Shown: in pieces, positions 31,101 to 40,654 of the stretch
Layout: every line of letters starts with the position of its first letter
Position numbering within the stretch: position 1 is the stretch's first letter
NCBI GenBank assembly: GCA_963817915.1
Contig: CAWFQL010000012.1
Coordinates: 1-64,000 of the forward strand
DNA from: an uncultured candidate division Zixibacteria bacterium
GTDB lineage: Bacteria; Zixibacteria; MSB-5A5; UBA10806
Reading direction: 5' to 3'
DNA length: 64,000 nt
Notes under the pieces: generated by a model
Database searches by the model: none
What the model saw: only the letters and a program-made list of their open reading frames with translations
Told to the model about the DNA's origin: nothing
Program-made: the position numbers and the translations under genes

Positions 31101-32034
31101 CACCTATATTAAGGCTAACTCCCCATGAATTGCCAATGGCATCGGGATTATCCTGTGTATTGGGATCGCCGTCCGGGTCGATCGCCCATTGAAATGACAA
31201 TATGGCATCAGCTACTGTTCGAGATATCGGGCCCCCTCTATCAATCGCACCAGCGGCAATCCATTTGGCATCGATAGCTACTCCAATTGTATCGCCGGCT
31301 TCGCTTCGTCCGCACATCGTGCCCATCGTATGGGTTCCATGGCCCGCAAGGTCTCTTGGTGTTCGATAATTAGAATATGGGTCAAACCAGCTTTCGGAAA
31401 CATTGCCGTCTCCATTGACATCGCCTCTGAATCTGGCAGCAAACGCCGGATGAGTTCCCTCCACTCCGGTATCAATATTCATAACTACCCTGCCAAGCCC
31501 GGTCCAGCCATGAGCCCAGGCTAGAGGAGCATTTATTCTATCCAGGCCACTTTCGTGGCTGAGAATCAAATTTTCTGCAGGGGATGATTTGACGGGAGCA
31601 ATTGTCTCGATCTGATAATCAAGATTTAGATTTTCGATTGTCTGGTCGGTGGCAAGGGTTTCGATTCCGGCTCTATTTGTTTCCACCCAAAACATATTGG
31701 AGATCCAAAACATGCGATAATCTTTTACTGTCCCTGATTGCTTTAGATATTCCAGCTTCGCGGCCATCTCAGGTTGAGTCTGGGAGGCGGCCTCCTGCAG
31801 GGCCAGGATTACGCGGCGATTTCTTTCGGCCAATGTAGCGTGCTCGGCCTTCAACTGAAGATCCAGAGCTTTGATATCGGCCTGTGTTTTCATTGTTACC
31901 AATGCCTGCACGGTTTCGCCGGTGGTGAGTTTATTTATTGATGCCGTTAACGCATCGTCGAGATTAGCCGCCTGCAACCCTGAGAACGCAAGCAGCAGCA
32001 TTCCAGCAATTCCAAACAGAATCCATCTTTTCAT
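28186..32034 (-). CDS. Secreted subtilisin-family (S8) serine protease with carboxypeptidase-regulatory-like domains and CTD
   Basis: IDTGV, GHGTHTMGT, FSAGN, GTSMASPHV catalytic motifs; signal peptide MKRWILF; QNYPNPFNP...SSGIYFYKI..RKMVLLK. Confidence 0.92.
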   Translation of the reverse strand: MKRWILFGIAGMLLLAFSGLQAANLDDALTASINKLTTGETVQALVTMKTQADIKALDLQLKAEHATLAERNRRVILALQEAASQTQPEMAAKLEYLKQSGTVKDYRMFWISNMFWVETNRAGIETLATDQTIENLNLDYQIETIAPVKSSPAENLILSHESGLDRINAPLAWAHGWTGLGRVVMNIDTGVEGTHPAFAARFRGDVNGDGNVSESWFDPYSNYRTPRDLAGHGTHTMGTMCGRSEAGDTIGVAIDAKWIAAGAIDRGGPISRTVADAILSFQWAIDPDGDPNTQDNPDAIGNSWGVSLNIGGYPPCDQTFWQVIDNCEAAGSAVVFSAGNEGPEPSSLRRPADRGTTPYNCFSVGGIDGNSNYLTIAPWSSRGPSNCGPNGETVIKPEVVAPGVNIRSSYIGGGYYNMDGTSMASPHVTGSIAVIRQVNPNLTVDAIKEILLRTARDLPLNNPNGEDNIYGWGIIDLYAACVMAQNDFGLVDGYITDSNRIPIMNALVNVTGYSAHDNSDQYGYYLIGLPADTTYRLNISSFGYFPVDTVVAIVANETTHVDITLQATPSGVLRGTVMATDSTPIAGASVKLLNTPVDSVLTDSAGYYEFSMLPGNASYEVEVLAAGFGRGLGNIFIPVGGQVELNFTLVRYESFERNNGGWVGDGCWQWGQPTSGPNSAFDGINVWATSLRGNYPSSADDSLITGFYEVDSLPAIFTFYHWYDFEPIFDGGNVSISIDSGRTWNLITPEGGYPDNRIAGLDNQPGYSSTSAGWTMAQFSLTDYIGMSVKFMFRFGSDVSVVRAGWYLDAVLLQGGHTYDVGTPQINIDPQSFNVRLNSGSSTTRNLVLHNAGNGTLNYSISTVMDGPLGTGRISTIQNSTSDVVPNWEKYISNNRTAGKFNLTYNGPKPPQPSDSFNPPMTLDFGGPDAFGYRWIDTNEPEGPEFNWIDLAGIGQELSFSDDQNQGPFDLGFNFSFYGNTFNSIRICSNGWLSFTSTAPYPYNNVAIPAVAEPNNLLAPFWDDLNPSAAGNIYFYTNNTDTAVVSYVGVPKYYNTGSFTFEVILTVDGKILFQYYNMDGDVTSSTVGIENGDGTIGLQVVYNAAYLNNDLAVKFGAPSQWLSANPTTGEIPASESANVTVAFDASMLQDGIYSGLLRIESNDPDSPVIAVPCSLIVGVTSINDNLGSLPTNYALMQNYPNPFNPATEIKFALPRGSVVDIDVYDVLGRQIKKLASDRMEAGYHSVIWDGKDNMGNSVSSGIYFYKIKADDYQSSRKMVLLK

Positions 32035-32435
32035 ATTATTTCTCCCGTGAATATTATTTGCTCCAAACATTAATGATTTCAAAAATCCTTTATTCTCCAG
32101 ATGTCAAACTACTCTATCAAGGGCAAATATAATGCCGATTTGGCTTATGGCAAAGCCTGATTTTCATTGCCCAAAATTCATACAAAAGCCAAAGTCTTTT
32201 CTGCCGCGCTATGTGCGCGACCATTATGGCATGTCGTATCCCGGTGTCAATCAATGATTTAGAAAAGCCCCAACTGCCCCATCTTATCAATTAAACAGGC
32301 GGTTATCTCTATGAGTTCCATTATCTTCGCCTTTGCGGACGTGGCTTGAAATCCGCTAAATGAATTGGCTTGCATAGCTTATTTATTGACTTATTTGCCC
32401 CCAATCAGATATTCTTACACCGAAAGGAGATATTT

Positions 32436-32966
32436 ATGAATGACAAAAGTTTACCTGATAAGAAAGCATTGGCGGCTGCCATAGAGATGGAAGAAAAAGG
32501 ACATAAATTTTATATGGAGACCGCGGCCAAAGCCGACAACAAATTGGCCAAAGAGGTTTTCGAGTATCTGGCCAAAGAAGAACTGAATCATATCAACGCC
32601 ATCAAGAAATTCAACTCCGAATTTCTCAAGGGCGGCGCGACCAAGATCGATGCCATCATAGATGATATCAAAAAGGGGAAAGGCACGACCGCATTCGACC
32701 AGCTATTCAAGAGCCTTTCCAAGAACGTGCCGACTGGCGGAAGCGATATCGACGCTTACAAATTCGCCAGCGATTTCGAACGAAAAGGGGAAGCGTTCTA
32801 TAAAAAGGCCGAGGCCGAGGCTGTCGACAAGAATGCCAAAAAGCTGTATGGATTTTTGGTCGGCGAGGAAAAGAAGCATTTCAAGATAGTCGATTCCTGC
32901 CTGCTCTATTTCGATAACTCCGAGGAGTTTTTCCATCAACGGGAGAAATGGCACGTAGAGGGGTAG
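32436..32966 (+). CDS. Ferritin-like/rubrerythrin family protein (no rubredoxin domain)
   Basis: Two A...E..G..FY....A......F..LA.EE..H diiron half-motifs; AAGGAG RBS before ATG 32436. Confidence 0.85.
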   Translation: MNDKSLPDKKALAAAIEMEEKGHKFYMETAAKADNKLAKEVFEYLAKEELNHINAIKKFNSEFLKGGATKIDAIIDDIKKGKGTTAFDQLFKSLSKNVPTGGSDIDAYKFASDFERKGEAFYKKAEAEAVDKNAKKLYGFLVGEEKKHFKIVDSCLLYFDNSEEFFHQREKWHVEG

Positions 32967-32992
32967 AAGTATAATTCAAATGATTTTATTAT

Positions 32993-33017
32993 GAGCGGGG
33001 CTGTCCCGCTCTTTTTT
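32993..33017 (+). terminator. Rho-independent terminator
   Basis: GAGCGGG-GCTGT-CCCGCTC followed by T6. Confidence 0.75.
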
Positions 33018-33106
33018 ATTTATGGCAGAACCTGAACGCTTTTTACATCGTTTATTAAATGGCGAATATAACAATAGTTTCGGAAGTTCATTGAAAGGTA
33101 GTGAAT

Positions 33107-33665
33107 ATGGCAAGAATAGAAGGCATCGAACCGAAACAGACATCGTTCCTGATGCGTCAGGTATTCAAGAAGGTCCGAAAAGTGCTGGGCCGCGATCTTA
33201 CGCCGCAAAAGATCGTGGCAAGGGTGCCGAGGGTATTCTGGGTATCGGCGCTGACCGAATGGTTATTGGGGCAAAAGGCACAAGGTTCCGCAACGGTTGA
33301 GATCGATGATTATGCTGCGGACTGCGGTTCGGATCGGGTGTCCGTTTTGAATAGATTCCAATTCTGCGGGCTGCAGAATATATGGGATGAGCGATGACGA
33401 TGTTACGGCGATTATCGGCGGTGATTTCAACCATTTTGCTCCGCAGGAGGCCGCGCTGATGCGAATGGCGGACGCTATGACCGATACGCCATCGAATGTC
33501 AGCGATGAGCTTTTCGCGGAATTGCGCAAGTATTTTTCAGAGGAACAATTGATCGAGCTTGCCGCCGATGTCGCGCAGGAGAATTTTCGCGCGCGCTGGA
33601 ATCGTGTCTTCGATGTCGGCAGCGATGGAATATATCGGAAAGGCCTTCGATATAAGCAGAGATAG
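33107..33665 (+). CDS. AhpD/carboxymuconolactone decarboxylase-like protein with in-frame TGA (CPFU, probable selenocysteine); +1 frameshift at ~33281
   Basis: Removing base 33281 yields MARIEG...LRTAVRIGCPF-TGA-IDSNSAGC...EAALMRMADAMT.TP..VSDELFAELRKYFSEEQLIEL...ENFRARWN, a complete CMD-family sequence. Confidence 0.75.
33355..33388 (+). promoter_or_regulatory. Bacterial SECIS-like stem-loop
   Basis: Lower stem ATTCCA/TGGGAT, upper stem ATTCTGC/GCAGAAT, apical loop GGGCT starting 17 nt after the TGA (33348-33350). Confidence 0.65.
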
Positions 33666-33718
33666 GCCAGCGAAAGTGCGGACGCGAGACCAGGCACATA
33701 GAAAGGCAGTCATAATAG

Positions 33719-33745
33719 AATGGCGGGACAGATTGCCCCGCCATT
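33719..33745. terminator. Hairpin between convergent genes (possible bidirectional terminator)
   Basis: AATGGCGGG...CCCGCCATT 9-bp stem. Confidence 0.5.
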
Positions 33746-33762
33746 TAGATATTAGAATCCTA

Positions 33763-35196
33763 TTACTTCAGCAGTAAGAGCTTTTTGATCGAAGTCTTAT
33801 CGCTACTCGTTAGTCGGTAGAAGTAGATTCCGCTTGAAATCGAGTTTCCAGCCTTGTTTTTTCCATCCCAAATAAATCGATGTGTTCCCGGCTGCATTTG
33901 TTGATCGATCAACGTATTAATTTTCTGTCCCAGGATATTGTATATGACCAGTTCGACGTTGCCGGGTTCGGCGATATCGAACATGATAGTCGTATGGGAA
34001 TTGAATGGATTAGGATAATTTTGGTATAGGTTGAATTTCTGCGGGAGCATCGCCGGTTCTAATTTGCCTGTGCCGAAGATAATTCTAAATGACTGTATTC
34101 CGGATGAATCGGCCCATAGCTCGCATATATTCATTTCATCGCTGTCGATATAGATATCCGACGGATAATCGAATTGACCCGGCCCGTATCCCTGTTCCCC
34201 ATAGATCGATATTATTCTATCGAGGTTCGGGGCGATAACTGTAATGTGGTGATTGAATTCGTCGAGAATGTAGATATTATCATAGCTATCAGCGTCGATG
34301 GCGGCGATGTATGGATATGGAGTCATAGGAAATGTATATTGTCTTTCGGCATAGATAGGTCCTGATGATTCCGAATAGTATCTGACGACTCTGTGGTTTT
34401 TCGAATCTGTGACATAAAATCTATTAGGCCAATTCAGCGTAGATGCGGCAGTAATTCCTGTGGGGTAACCGAGAGCCCCCATACTCTCGCCTCTTCCCGC
34501 AAATTGAGCCTTAATTACGCCGGCAGAAGAAAATTTGATTATTGCCGGGATGAAACCATCGGTGACAAGAATGTCAAAACCTGGATAACCGATGTCGCCG
34601 TAGTTTGTCACTTCTATCGCCGTCGGAAAACGCAAAATATTCTGCCCGAAAGAATTCAGCCAAATCAAAGAATCAAGAGTAATATCGTATTTCAATTTTA
34701 CAATTCTCTGGTTCTGCCGGTCCAAAACATAAATGAAATCCAATTCCGAGTTGTAAAACCTCCCAGCCGAGGTTACCGCGATGTCGACAGGATGATTGAA
34801 ACATTCAACCGAGTCGCGATAGTTGGGAAAAAACTGAAGCGTATCCTCGGAACCGAAAGAGATTGTGGGGGGAATTAGGTTTTTGCCATAGGTATTAATG
34901 TCAGTTGGCCAGGAGACACCTGCTGAATCCTTTAGAGTAAATATAATGATCCTGTGAAGCGGGGCATCGCAAAAGAGATATTTCCTCTCTTCGTAGTTTC
35001 CTTTATTCAGTCTTAAGAGCGCACCGCCCGACGGCTGGCTGAATAAAATCAGCGAATCGCCTATCTTTTCGGTGACATAATCCCACGTCAACCTTGGCGG
35101 ACCGACGGTATTCAGAAAATCGGTAGTTTCAATTATCGGATCCGCCGATGCCATACCTGCTACCAAGAATAATATTATAATTAGATATCTTTTCAT
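33763..35196 (-). CDS. NHL-repeat beta-propeller secreted protein with CTD
   Basis: Signal peptide MKRYLII; FNHPVDIAV, YPTGI..YVTDSKNHRV, G.GPGQFDYPSDI NHL units; QNYPNPFN...SGIYFYRL..KKLLLLK. Confidence 0.82.
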   Translation of the reverse strand: MKRYLIIILFLVAGMASADPIIETTDFLNTVGPPRLTWDYVTEKIGDSLILFSQPSGGALLRLNKGNYEERKYLFCDAPLHRIIIFTLKDSAGVSWPTDINTYGKNLIPPTISFGSEDTLQFFPNYRDSVECFNHPVDIAVTSAGRFYNSELDFIYVLDRQNQRIVKLKYDITLDSLIWLNSFGQNILRFPTAIEVTNYGDIGYPGFDILVTDGFIPAIIKFSSAGVIKAQFAGRGESMGALGYPTGITAASTLNWPNRFYVTDSKNHRVVRYYSESSGPIYAERQYTFPMTPYPYIAAIDADSYDNIYILDEFNHHITVIAPNLDRIISIYGEQGYGPGQFDYPSDIYIDSDEMNICELWADSSGIQSFRIIFGTGKLEPAMLPQKFNLYQNYPNPFNSHTTIMFDIAEPGNVELVIYNILGQKINTLIDQQMQPGTHRFIWDGKNKAGNSISSGIYFYRLTSSDKTSIKKLLLLK

Positions 35197-35198
35197 TT

Positions 35199-36314
35199 CT
35201 ACCTCCATCCTACTCTTAGCCAGGTAGCTTCGTTGTTGCGAGTGTCGAAGATAAGCAACATGGCAGGAGAAAAATATTCAGTATTTTCTTCCTGAAAAAA
35301 ATAGTAAACAATGAAATCACCGACAACGTCTGCCAATCCGTCGTCATAACCGGGATAATTTCCTTCTGGATAATCGCTTATGGGATGTTGCTCCAGTATT
35401 GCGAGAGTTTCGGGATCGATGACAATCACTTTAGGTTCAATGTGAAATTCCTCCCGTCTTTTGTAAACAGAATCTATACTTGCTCCATGTAATTCGTAGT
35501 TGACTTGCAAGCAGTAGAACTTGTTTCGCGCTGGGTGATAAGCGAAAACTGTATTTGCTCCTCTCTGAGGCCTAAGTTGTATGGAATCAATAATAGACGA
35601 GAGACCGCTATTTAACTTAACAAGCCACCATTGAGAATCATTAAAAATAGTGTAATATAGGCGATTAATAGAATCATTTGGAACCCTAATGAGGAATTCA
35701 TGAGAATCTATATAACGTATGAGTCCTGGCTCGTCAAATGAGTCGAGTCGGTTGCGAAGCCTAAAATTAAGGCCATCATCAATGTTGTATAGACCGAAAG
35801 GCAAAAGAGCAGTTGAATCGCGATCGCTTCTTAATCCGAATCTGAAACCTTGCTCTCCCTGATATTGCCTAAAAATATTAATAATGGCACCTGAAACACT
35901 ATCACTTCGCAATAAAGATAAATGGCCAGCATCTGCACGCAAAACCGAATAAAAAGCTTTATATCGGTTTCCAGACATCGTATTTCTTCCGACTGCACCA
36001 TATTCGCTCATCGTGATTAAAAAATCCCGATTACGCAGGGATATTATCGCAGGCTTTTTAAACCAAATGTTACCTCTATTAGCCAATCTTACCGATTCAT
36101 GAATCGAATGAGTATTCAAATCCACCGATTTGATATAGATATCTGCAAGATTATCTTCTGTAGGATTATCATATACATTGACATAATAGTATTGGGCTGC
36201 CAATCCAATCGGAAAAGCAATTAATATGACGACAGCTAGCGCCAGAATTCTACTTCTTTGTAAATTGCTATCGCCAAGGTTTACGGTACGTGTATTTTCT
36301 GATATCTTGAACAT
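35199..36314 (-). CDS. Secreted hypothetical protein (paralog of 37053-38084)
   Basis: ATG 36314 with GAGG; hydrophobic signal then AQYYYVNVYD; ends ADVVGDFIVYYF...PAMLLIFDTRNNEATWLRVGWR. Confidence 0.7.
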   Translation of the reverse strand: MFKISENTRTVNLGDSNLQRSRILALAVVILIAFPIGLAAQYYYVNVYDNPTEDNLADIYIKSVDLNTHSIHESVRLANRGNIWFKKPAIISLRNRDFLITMSEYGAVGRNTMSGNRYKAFYSVLRADAGHLSLLRSDSVSGAIINIFRQYQGEQGFRFGLRSDRDSTALLPFGLYNIDDGLNFRLRNRLDSFDEPGLIRYIDSHEFLIRVPNDSINRLYYTIFNDSQWWLVKLNSGLSSIIDSIQLRPQRGANTVFAYHPARNKFYCLQVNYELHGASIDSVYKRREEFHIEPKVIVIDPETLAILEQHPISDYPEGNYPGYDDGLADVVGDFIVYYFFQEENTEYFSPAMLLIFDTRNNEATWLRVGWR

Positions 36315-37056
36315 ATTCCGCCTCTTTAGTTGGTGGTGGGGTTGTCCCGATTTTAGTCTTCCAGTCTGCATCACTTAAAATTTGTGCCATCATTGTTTCA
36401 TTTGTATAATACCCATAAGCCTTTAAATCTTCCTTATTCTTTTTGCTTGGGAAAGTATCGCAGTCAGCGAAAGGGCATGAATCTGGAAATAATTTTTGCG
36501 TTGACATGAATCTATTTGGCAAATATACATCATGGATGAATTTGCCATTCCTAATGAGAGCTTGCCAATTCCAGGCTAAACTGTCCCAAGTTGCCCGAAC
36601 ATAGCCAGTATCAGCGGGTATGCGTGGTATAGCGGCAAAGTATGCATGCCACCATTTTCTCATAATCTGCATTATTCCGGTTGCCGTGCTCACTCCATTC
36701 TCACAAGGCGTCTTGGTATCAGGCCAATAATGATTCCATTGATAATAACCATGTTGGTGCGGGGGATAGGGAATGAATCCTGCCGCCTCCTTCCATGCTA
36801 ATGCTCTAATTCTATCTCTTTTTAGAGAGTCAGCGAATAAGCTATTAGATGGATCTTGGTCAATCAAAATTCTCTTCGTTTGGATTGTATCGCCATTTGT
36901 CCCCAAAGTATCTGTAGTGACGTCGAAACTTCCATCCAACCCCCAAAATGTCGTGAACCTTCCTTTGGCTTCTATAGTAAGCAACCCTCCGACGACTGCT
37001 AATGAATCCCTTCTGAAAGTAACGGAATAATTTTGGTCATTGCCATCCCCGATCAT
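36268..37056 (-). CDS. Lytic transglycosylase/lysozyme-like (SLT-fold) protein without signal peptide
   Basis: IRALAWKEA (catalytic Glu), ATGIMQI (GxMQ), ALIRNG, AYGYY and EYVQDIR in SLT motif order; ATGA overlap with the upstream gene. Confidence 0.6.
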   Translation of the reverse strand: MIGDGNDQNYSVTFRRDSLAVVGGLLTIEAKGRFTTFWGLDGSFDVTTDTLGTNGDTIQTKRILIDQDPSNSLFADSLKRDRIRALAWKEAAGFIPYPPHQHGYYQWNHYWPDTKTPCENGVSTATGIMQIMRKWWHAYFAAIPRIPADTGYVRATWDSLAWNWQALIRNGKFIHDVYLPNRFMSTQKLFPDSCPFADCDTFPSKKNKEDLKAYGYYTNETMMAQILSDADWKTKIGTTPPPTKEAEYVQDIRKYTYRKPWR

Positions 37057-38084
37057 TCGTCCTTACTCCAGCCTACGCGGAGCCAGGTGGCCTCGTTTGT
37101 GCGGGTGTCAAAGATGAAAAGCATGGCGGGGTATAACTGACTTATATCGTTTGAATCACCAAAAAAATAAACAATAAATGGTCCCATGACATCGGCGACT
37201 CCTGTCTTACCATTTATGAAATCGCCTCTTGGATAATCTGGGACGGACAACGAATCTCTTAGTGTGAAATCCGTTATATTGTAGATATTAACGTGATTGT
37301 CTATCCATTCATCCCCATAGCCTTTGTTGAATGGCCAGTCCAAATGAGTTTCATAATTAAGCGCAAATACATAAAGCAGACTATCCTTAACTGCGAAAAC
37401 TTGGTTTGCACTGTCATAGTTATGGAATATAAGGCTATCGACATACATATCTCGAAATCCGTCTAATTTGACAATAATGAAATCATTATCTACTATGTCA
37501 TAATATAGTTCATTTCCAATTAATATAGAAAAGCTGTTTGGCGTTAATCCCTTATAGGATCCCGGAAAATAACCGGGAACCACTTGACGTATTTTATTCA
37601 AATTGAAATCAGAATTGAGATTGTATATTCCGTCTAAGGATGAGCTGCTGTCTCCAATTTGATATATTCTCTCGACGAATAATTCGGTTTTGGCATTTTT
37701 CCTGAAATCTATTATTAACTGTCCGGGCAAGTCGTATTGATGCGATAATTGTCTGGTTCGCAGATTTATTATCGATAAATTGGTATTGTAATCACCAGCC
37801 GACGTGTTTTTGCAGATACATTTACTGACAATGGCTGTTATTAATACTGTATCGCCATAAATCGCAAAATCAATGGGTATGGTGTTAATAATCTCACCCT
37901 CATCGACTAAAATAAATTCATCTGTAATAGCTTTCGTTTCTAAATTGACGAATTTAGTTTTTATTTCATAGAACCCGGATGATCCCCTCGTGGTGTCATA
38001 TACATTGACGTAATATTCTTGTGCCCATGAATCGCCCGCAAGTAACATTAATATAAATAGTACCCCAAATCTAATCCTTTTCAT
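37053..38084 (-). CDS. Secreted hypothetical protein (paralog of 35199-36314)
   Basis: Signal peptide then AQEYYVNVYD; ends ADVMGPFIVYFF...PAMLFIFDTRTNEATWLRVGWS. Confidence 0.75.
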   Translation of the reverse strand: MKRIRFGVLFILMLLAGDSWAQEYYVNVYDTTRGSSGFYEIKTKFVNLETKAITDEFILVDEGEIINTIPIDFAIYGDTVLITAIVSKCICKNTSAGDYNTNLSIINLRTRQLSHQYDLPGQLIIDFRKNAKTELFVERIYQIGDSSSSLDGIYNLNSDFNLNKIRQVVPGYFPGSYKGLTPNSFSILIGNELYYDIVDNDFIIVKLDGFRDMYVDSLIFHNYDSANQVFAVKDSLLYVFALNYETHLDWPFNKGYGDEWIDNHVNIYNITDFTLRDSLSVPDYPRGDFINGKTGVADVMGPFIVYFFGDSNDISQLYPAMLFIFDTRTNEATWLRVGWSKDE

Positions 38085-38189
38085 ATTAGTCCCTTTTTCC
38101 CAATCGATCCTGGCCGAAACGATCTAAACAATTAAACTAATGTCATATTATACTCCCGAATATCATTTGTTTCAATTAATAAATAAAAT

Positions 38190-38214
38190 AAAAAAAGGGC
38201 GAGTAGCCTCGCCC
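38190..38214 (-). terminator. Rho-independent terminator of hppA
   Basis: Minus strand GGGCGAG-GCTA-CTCGCCC followed by T7. Confidence 0.8.
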
Positions 38215-38238
38215 CTGCGATAACAATTTAGAAGTCGA

Positions 38239-40474
38239 TTAGATAAACAGCGGCGCTAAGACCAATGTTATAGTCGATAGCAGTTTTATCAAGACATGTA
38301 ATGACGGCCCCGCCGTATCCTTGAAGGGATCGCCGACCGTATCGCCGACCACCGCCGCGCTGTGAGTCGGATTCTTGATCTTTTTACCGTCCGGGCCTGT
38401 TATATACTTGCCGCCATAGGCGCCGGATTCGATATACTTTTTGGCATTGTCCCAGGCTCCGCCGCCATTATTTAGCATGAGCGCCAGAAGAATTCCGGCA
38501 ATCGTACCGACCATCAATAACGCCGCCACCGATTGAGCGGCAATCAGCGGGTCTTCCGGTGTGATGAAGATTTTGAAGACTGTGCCGACTATAATCGGAG
38601 TCAGAACTACCAGCAAGCCCGGCAATATCATCTGCCTTAACGCCGCCTTTGTAACAATATCAACACAGGTGCCGTAATCCGGTTCGAAATTCTTGGGGAA
38701 CTGAATCATATCATTCTCGCGCGGCAATGACGCGTACTGTCTGCGAACTTCGGCGATAATCGCCTGAGCCGCCTTGCCGACCGCGCGTATCGCCATCGAT
38801 GTGAACAAGAACACCAGCATCGCGCCTAATAACGCGCCGACAAACACGACCGGTTTCGACAGATCGACATTGAAGATAAATCCGCTGTCCAGTCCGGCGT
38901 ACTGCTTGACCTCATCCATGTAAGCCTGGAATAACAAAAATGCCGCCAACGCCGCCGAGCCGATGGCATAGCCTTTTGTCAACGCCTTGGTAGTGTTACC
39001 AACAGAATCCAGTCTGTCGGTTTTCTTGCGAATCTCTTCCGGCTGTTGTGACATCTCCACGATGCCGCCGGCGTTATCTGTTATAGGCCCGAATGTATCC
39101 ATTGCCAATATATAGGCCGCGGTCGCGAGCATTCCCATGGTGGCTACCGCTGTGCCGAAAAGTCCCGGCGTTGGGAAGGCCGCTCGATTGTCCGAGAAAA
39201 TATGATGCCAGAAGCGCCGCGCCCATGACCAATGTCGGATAGGCGGTGCATTCGAAACCGACCGCTATGCCTGATATAATATTGGTCGCCGGGCCAGTCT
39301 GCGAAGCCTCCGCAATCGATTTGACTGGACGGTATTTATATTCGGTGTAGTATTGTGTTATATAAACAAATGCCACCGATGTCAGCACTCCCATGATGCC
39401 GCATAAGAAGAAATGCCACCATGCCTGCGGAGCTTGCGGGCTATTCAAAAGCCAATAGGTCGCGCCGCCGAAGGCTATCATCGCCAGGATAACCGCTACA
39501 TAATAGCCGCGGTTCAAGGCTGTCATCGGATCCATTTTCTCCTGCTTGTCCAATTTAACAAACATGATACCAACGATCGAGGCTATGATTCCAAATGCGC
39601 GCGCTACCAATGGGAACATGATCACCCCGATTATGCCCCACGAGAATTCCATGCTCGCCTTCTGGGCTGTTGCCGCAAGCGACGCGCCCAATATCATTGC
39701 GCCGATATTTTCGGCAGCGGTCGACTCAAATAGATCGGCTCCACGACCGGCGCAATCGCCGACATTATCACCGACTAAATCTGCAATTACAGCAGGGTTG
39801 CGAGGATCGTCTTCAGGGATACCAGCTTCGACTTTACCCACGAGATCGGCTCCAACATCAGCGGCCTTGGTATAAATACCGCCGCCAAGCTGGGCAAATA
39901 GCGCTACAAATGACGCGCCGAATCCATAGCCGACAATCAAAAGCGGTATTTTGGTTGGCTCGATTGCGCTTATCCAATGAACAAGAGCATATAAGCCCGA
40001 TACTCCCAGCAAGCTCATCGAAACAACCAATAACCCCGATACCGCGCCGCCGCGAAGGGCGATACGCAAGGCGTCATTCAGGCTCGATAAGGCCGCATGG
40101 GCGGTTCTGATATTGCTTCGTATCGAAATCCACATTCCGACATAGCCCGCGAAGACCGAGCATAACGCCCCGAATACAAATGATATCGTAATCCATGTTG
40201 CCAGTTCCAGCGAGCTGCCGACAGGATCGAAGTCCCGGTGGCTTCGAATAAAACCGTAGCCGATAAACAGCAACGCCGCCAAGACCAACGCCAGCAACAA
40301 AATAGTGCGGTTTTGTCTTCTCAGGAACGCCTCGGCACCGGCTTTGATAGCATTCGAGATTTTTTGCATCGCCTCGCTACCGGTACTGTGCTTGAGTACC
40401 CATCGACTGAGATAATAGGCGAACGCAAGCCCGGCTATACTGATTGCAATGACCAATAAAATCAATTCCTGCAT
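38239..40474 (-). CDS. hppA: Membrane-bound ion-translocating pyrophosphatase, K+-independent type (+1 frameshift at ~39163)
   Basis: GGGIYTKAADVGADLVGKVEAGIPEDDPRN, DTFGPITDNAGGI, GNTTKALTKG (Lys/Thr signature of K+-independent enzymes), GDTVGDPFKDTAGP. Confidence 0.93.
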
Positions 40475-40625
40475 AATTTTAAACTCCTGTCCTTTTTGTC
40501 AAAAGACGATTGATATTATATTTATTTTCCCTATTTTCATTAAATTAAGTTGGCGTGGATGATAATTTCCCTTTGCTCCCCAAATACCTTTGAACCCCCT
40601 GCCATTTGGATAAACATGACTCGAC

Positions 40626-40654
40626 ATCATATTTATATTGGCTATGGTTGTCAA
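40626..40654 (-). promoter_or_regulatory. Sigma-70 promoter for hppA
   Basis: Minus strand TTGACA-17 nt-TATGAT. Confidence 0.7.

Noticed and set aside
38239..40474. hppA as two genes or a pseudogene
   Set aside because: A single extra base (GGG+A) separates fully conserved halves and fits the window-wide consensus-artefact pattern.
40475..40620. Fluoride (crcB) riboswitch upstream of hppA
   Set aside because: The GGCGATGG...TGA..CCT core could not be found.
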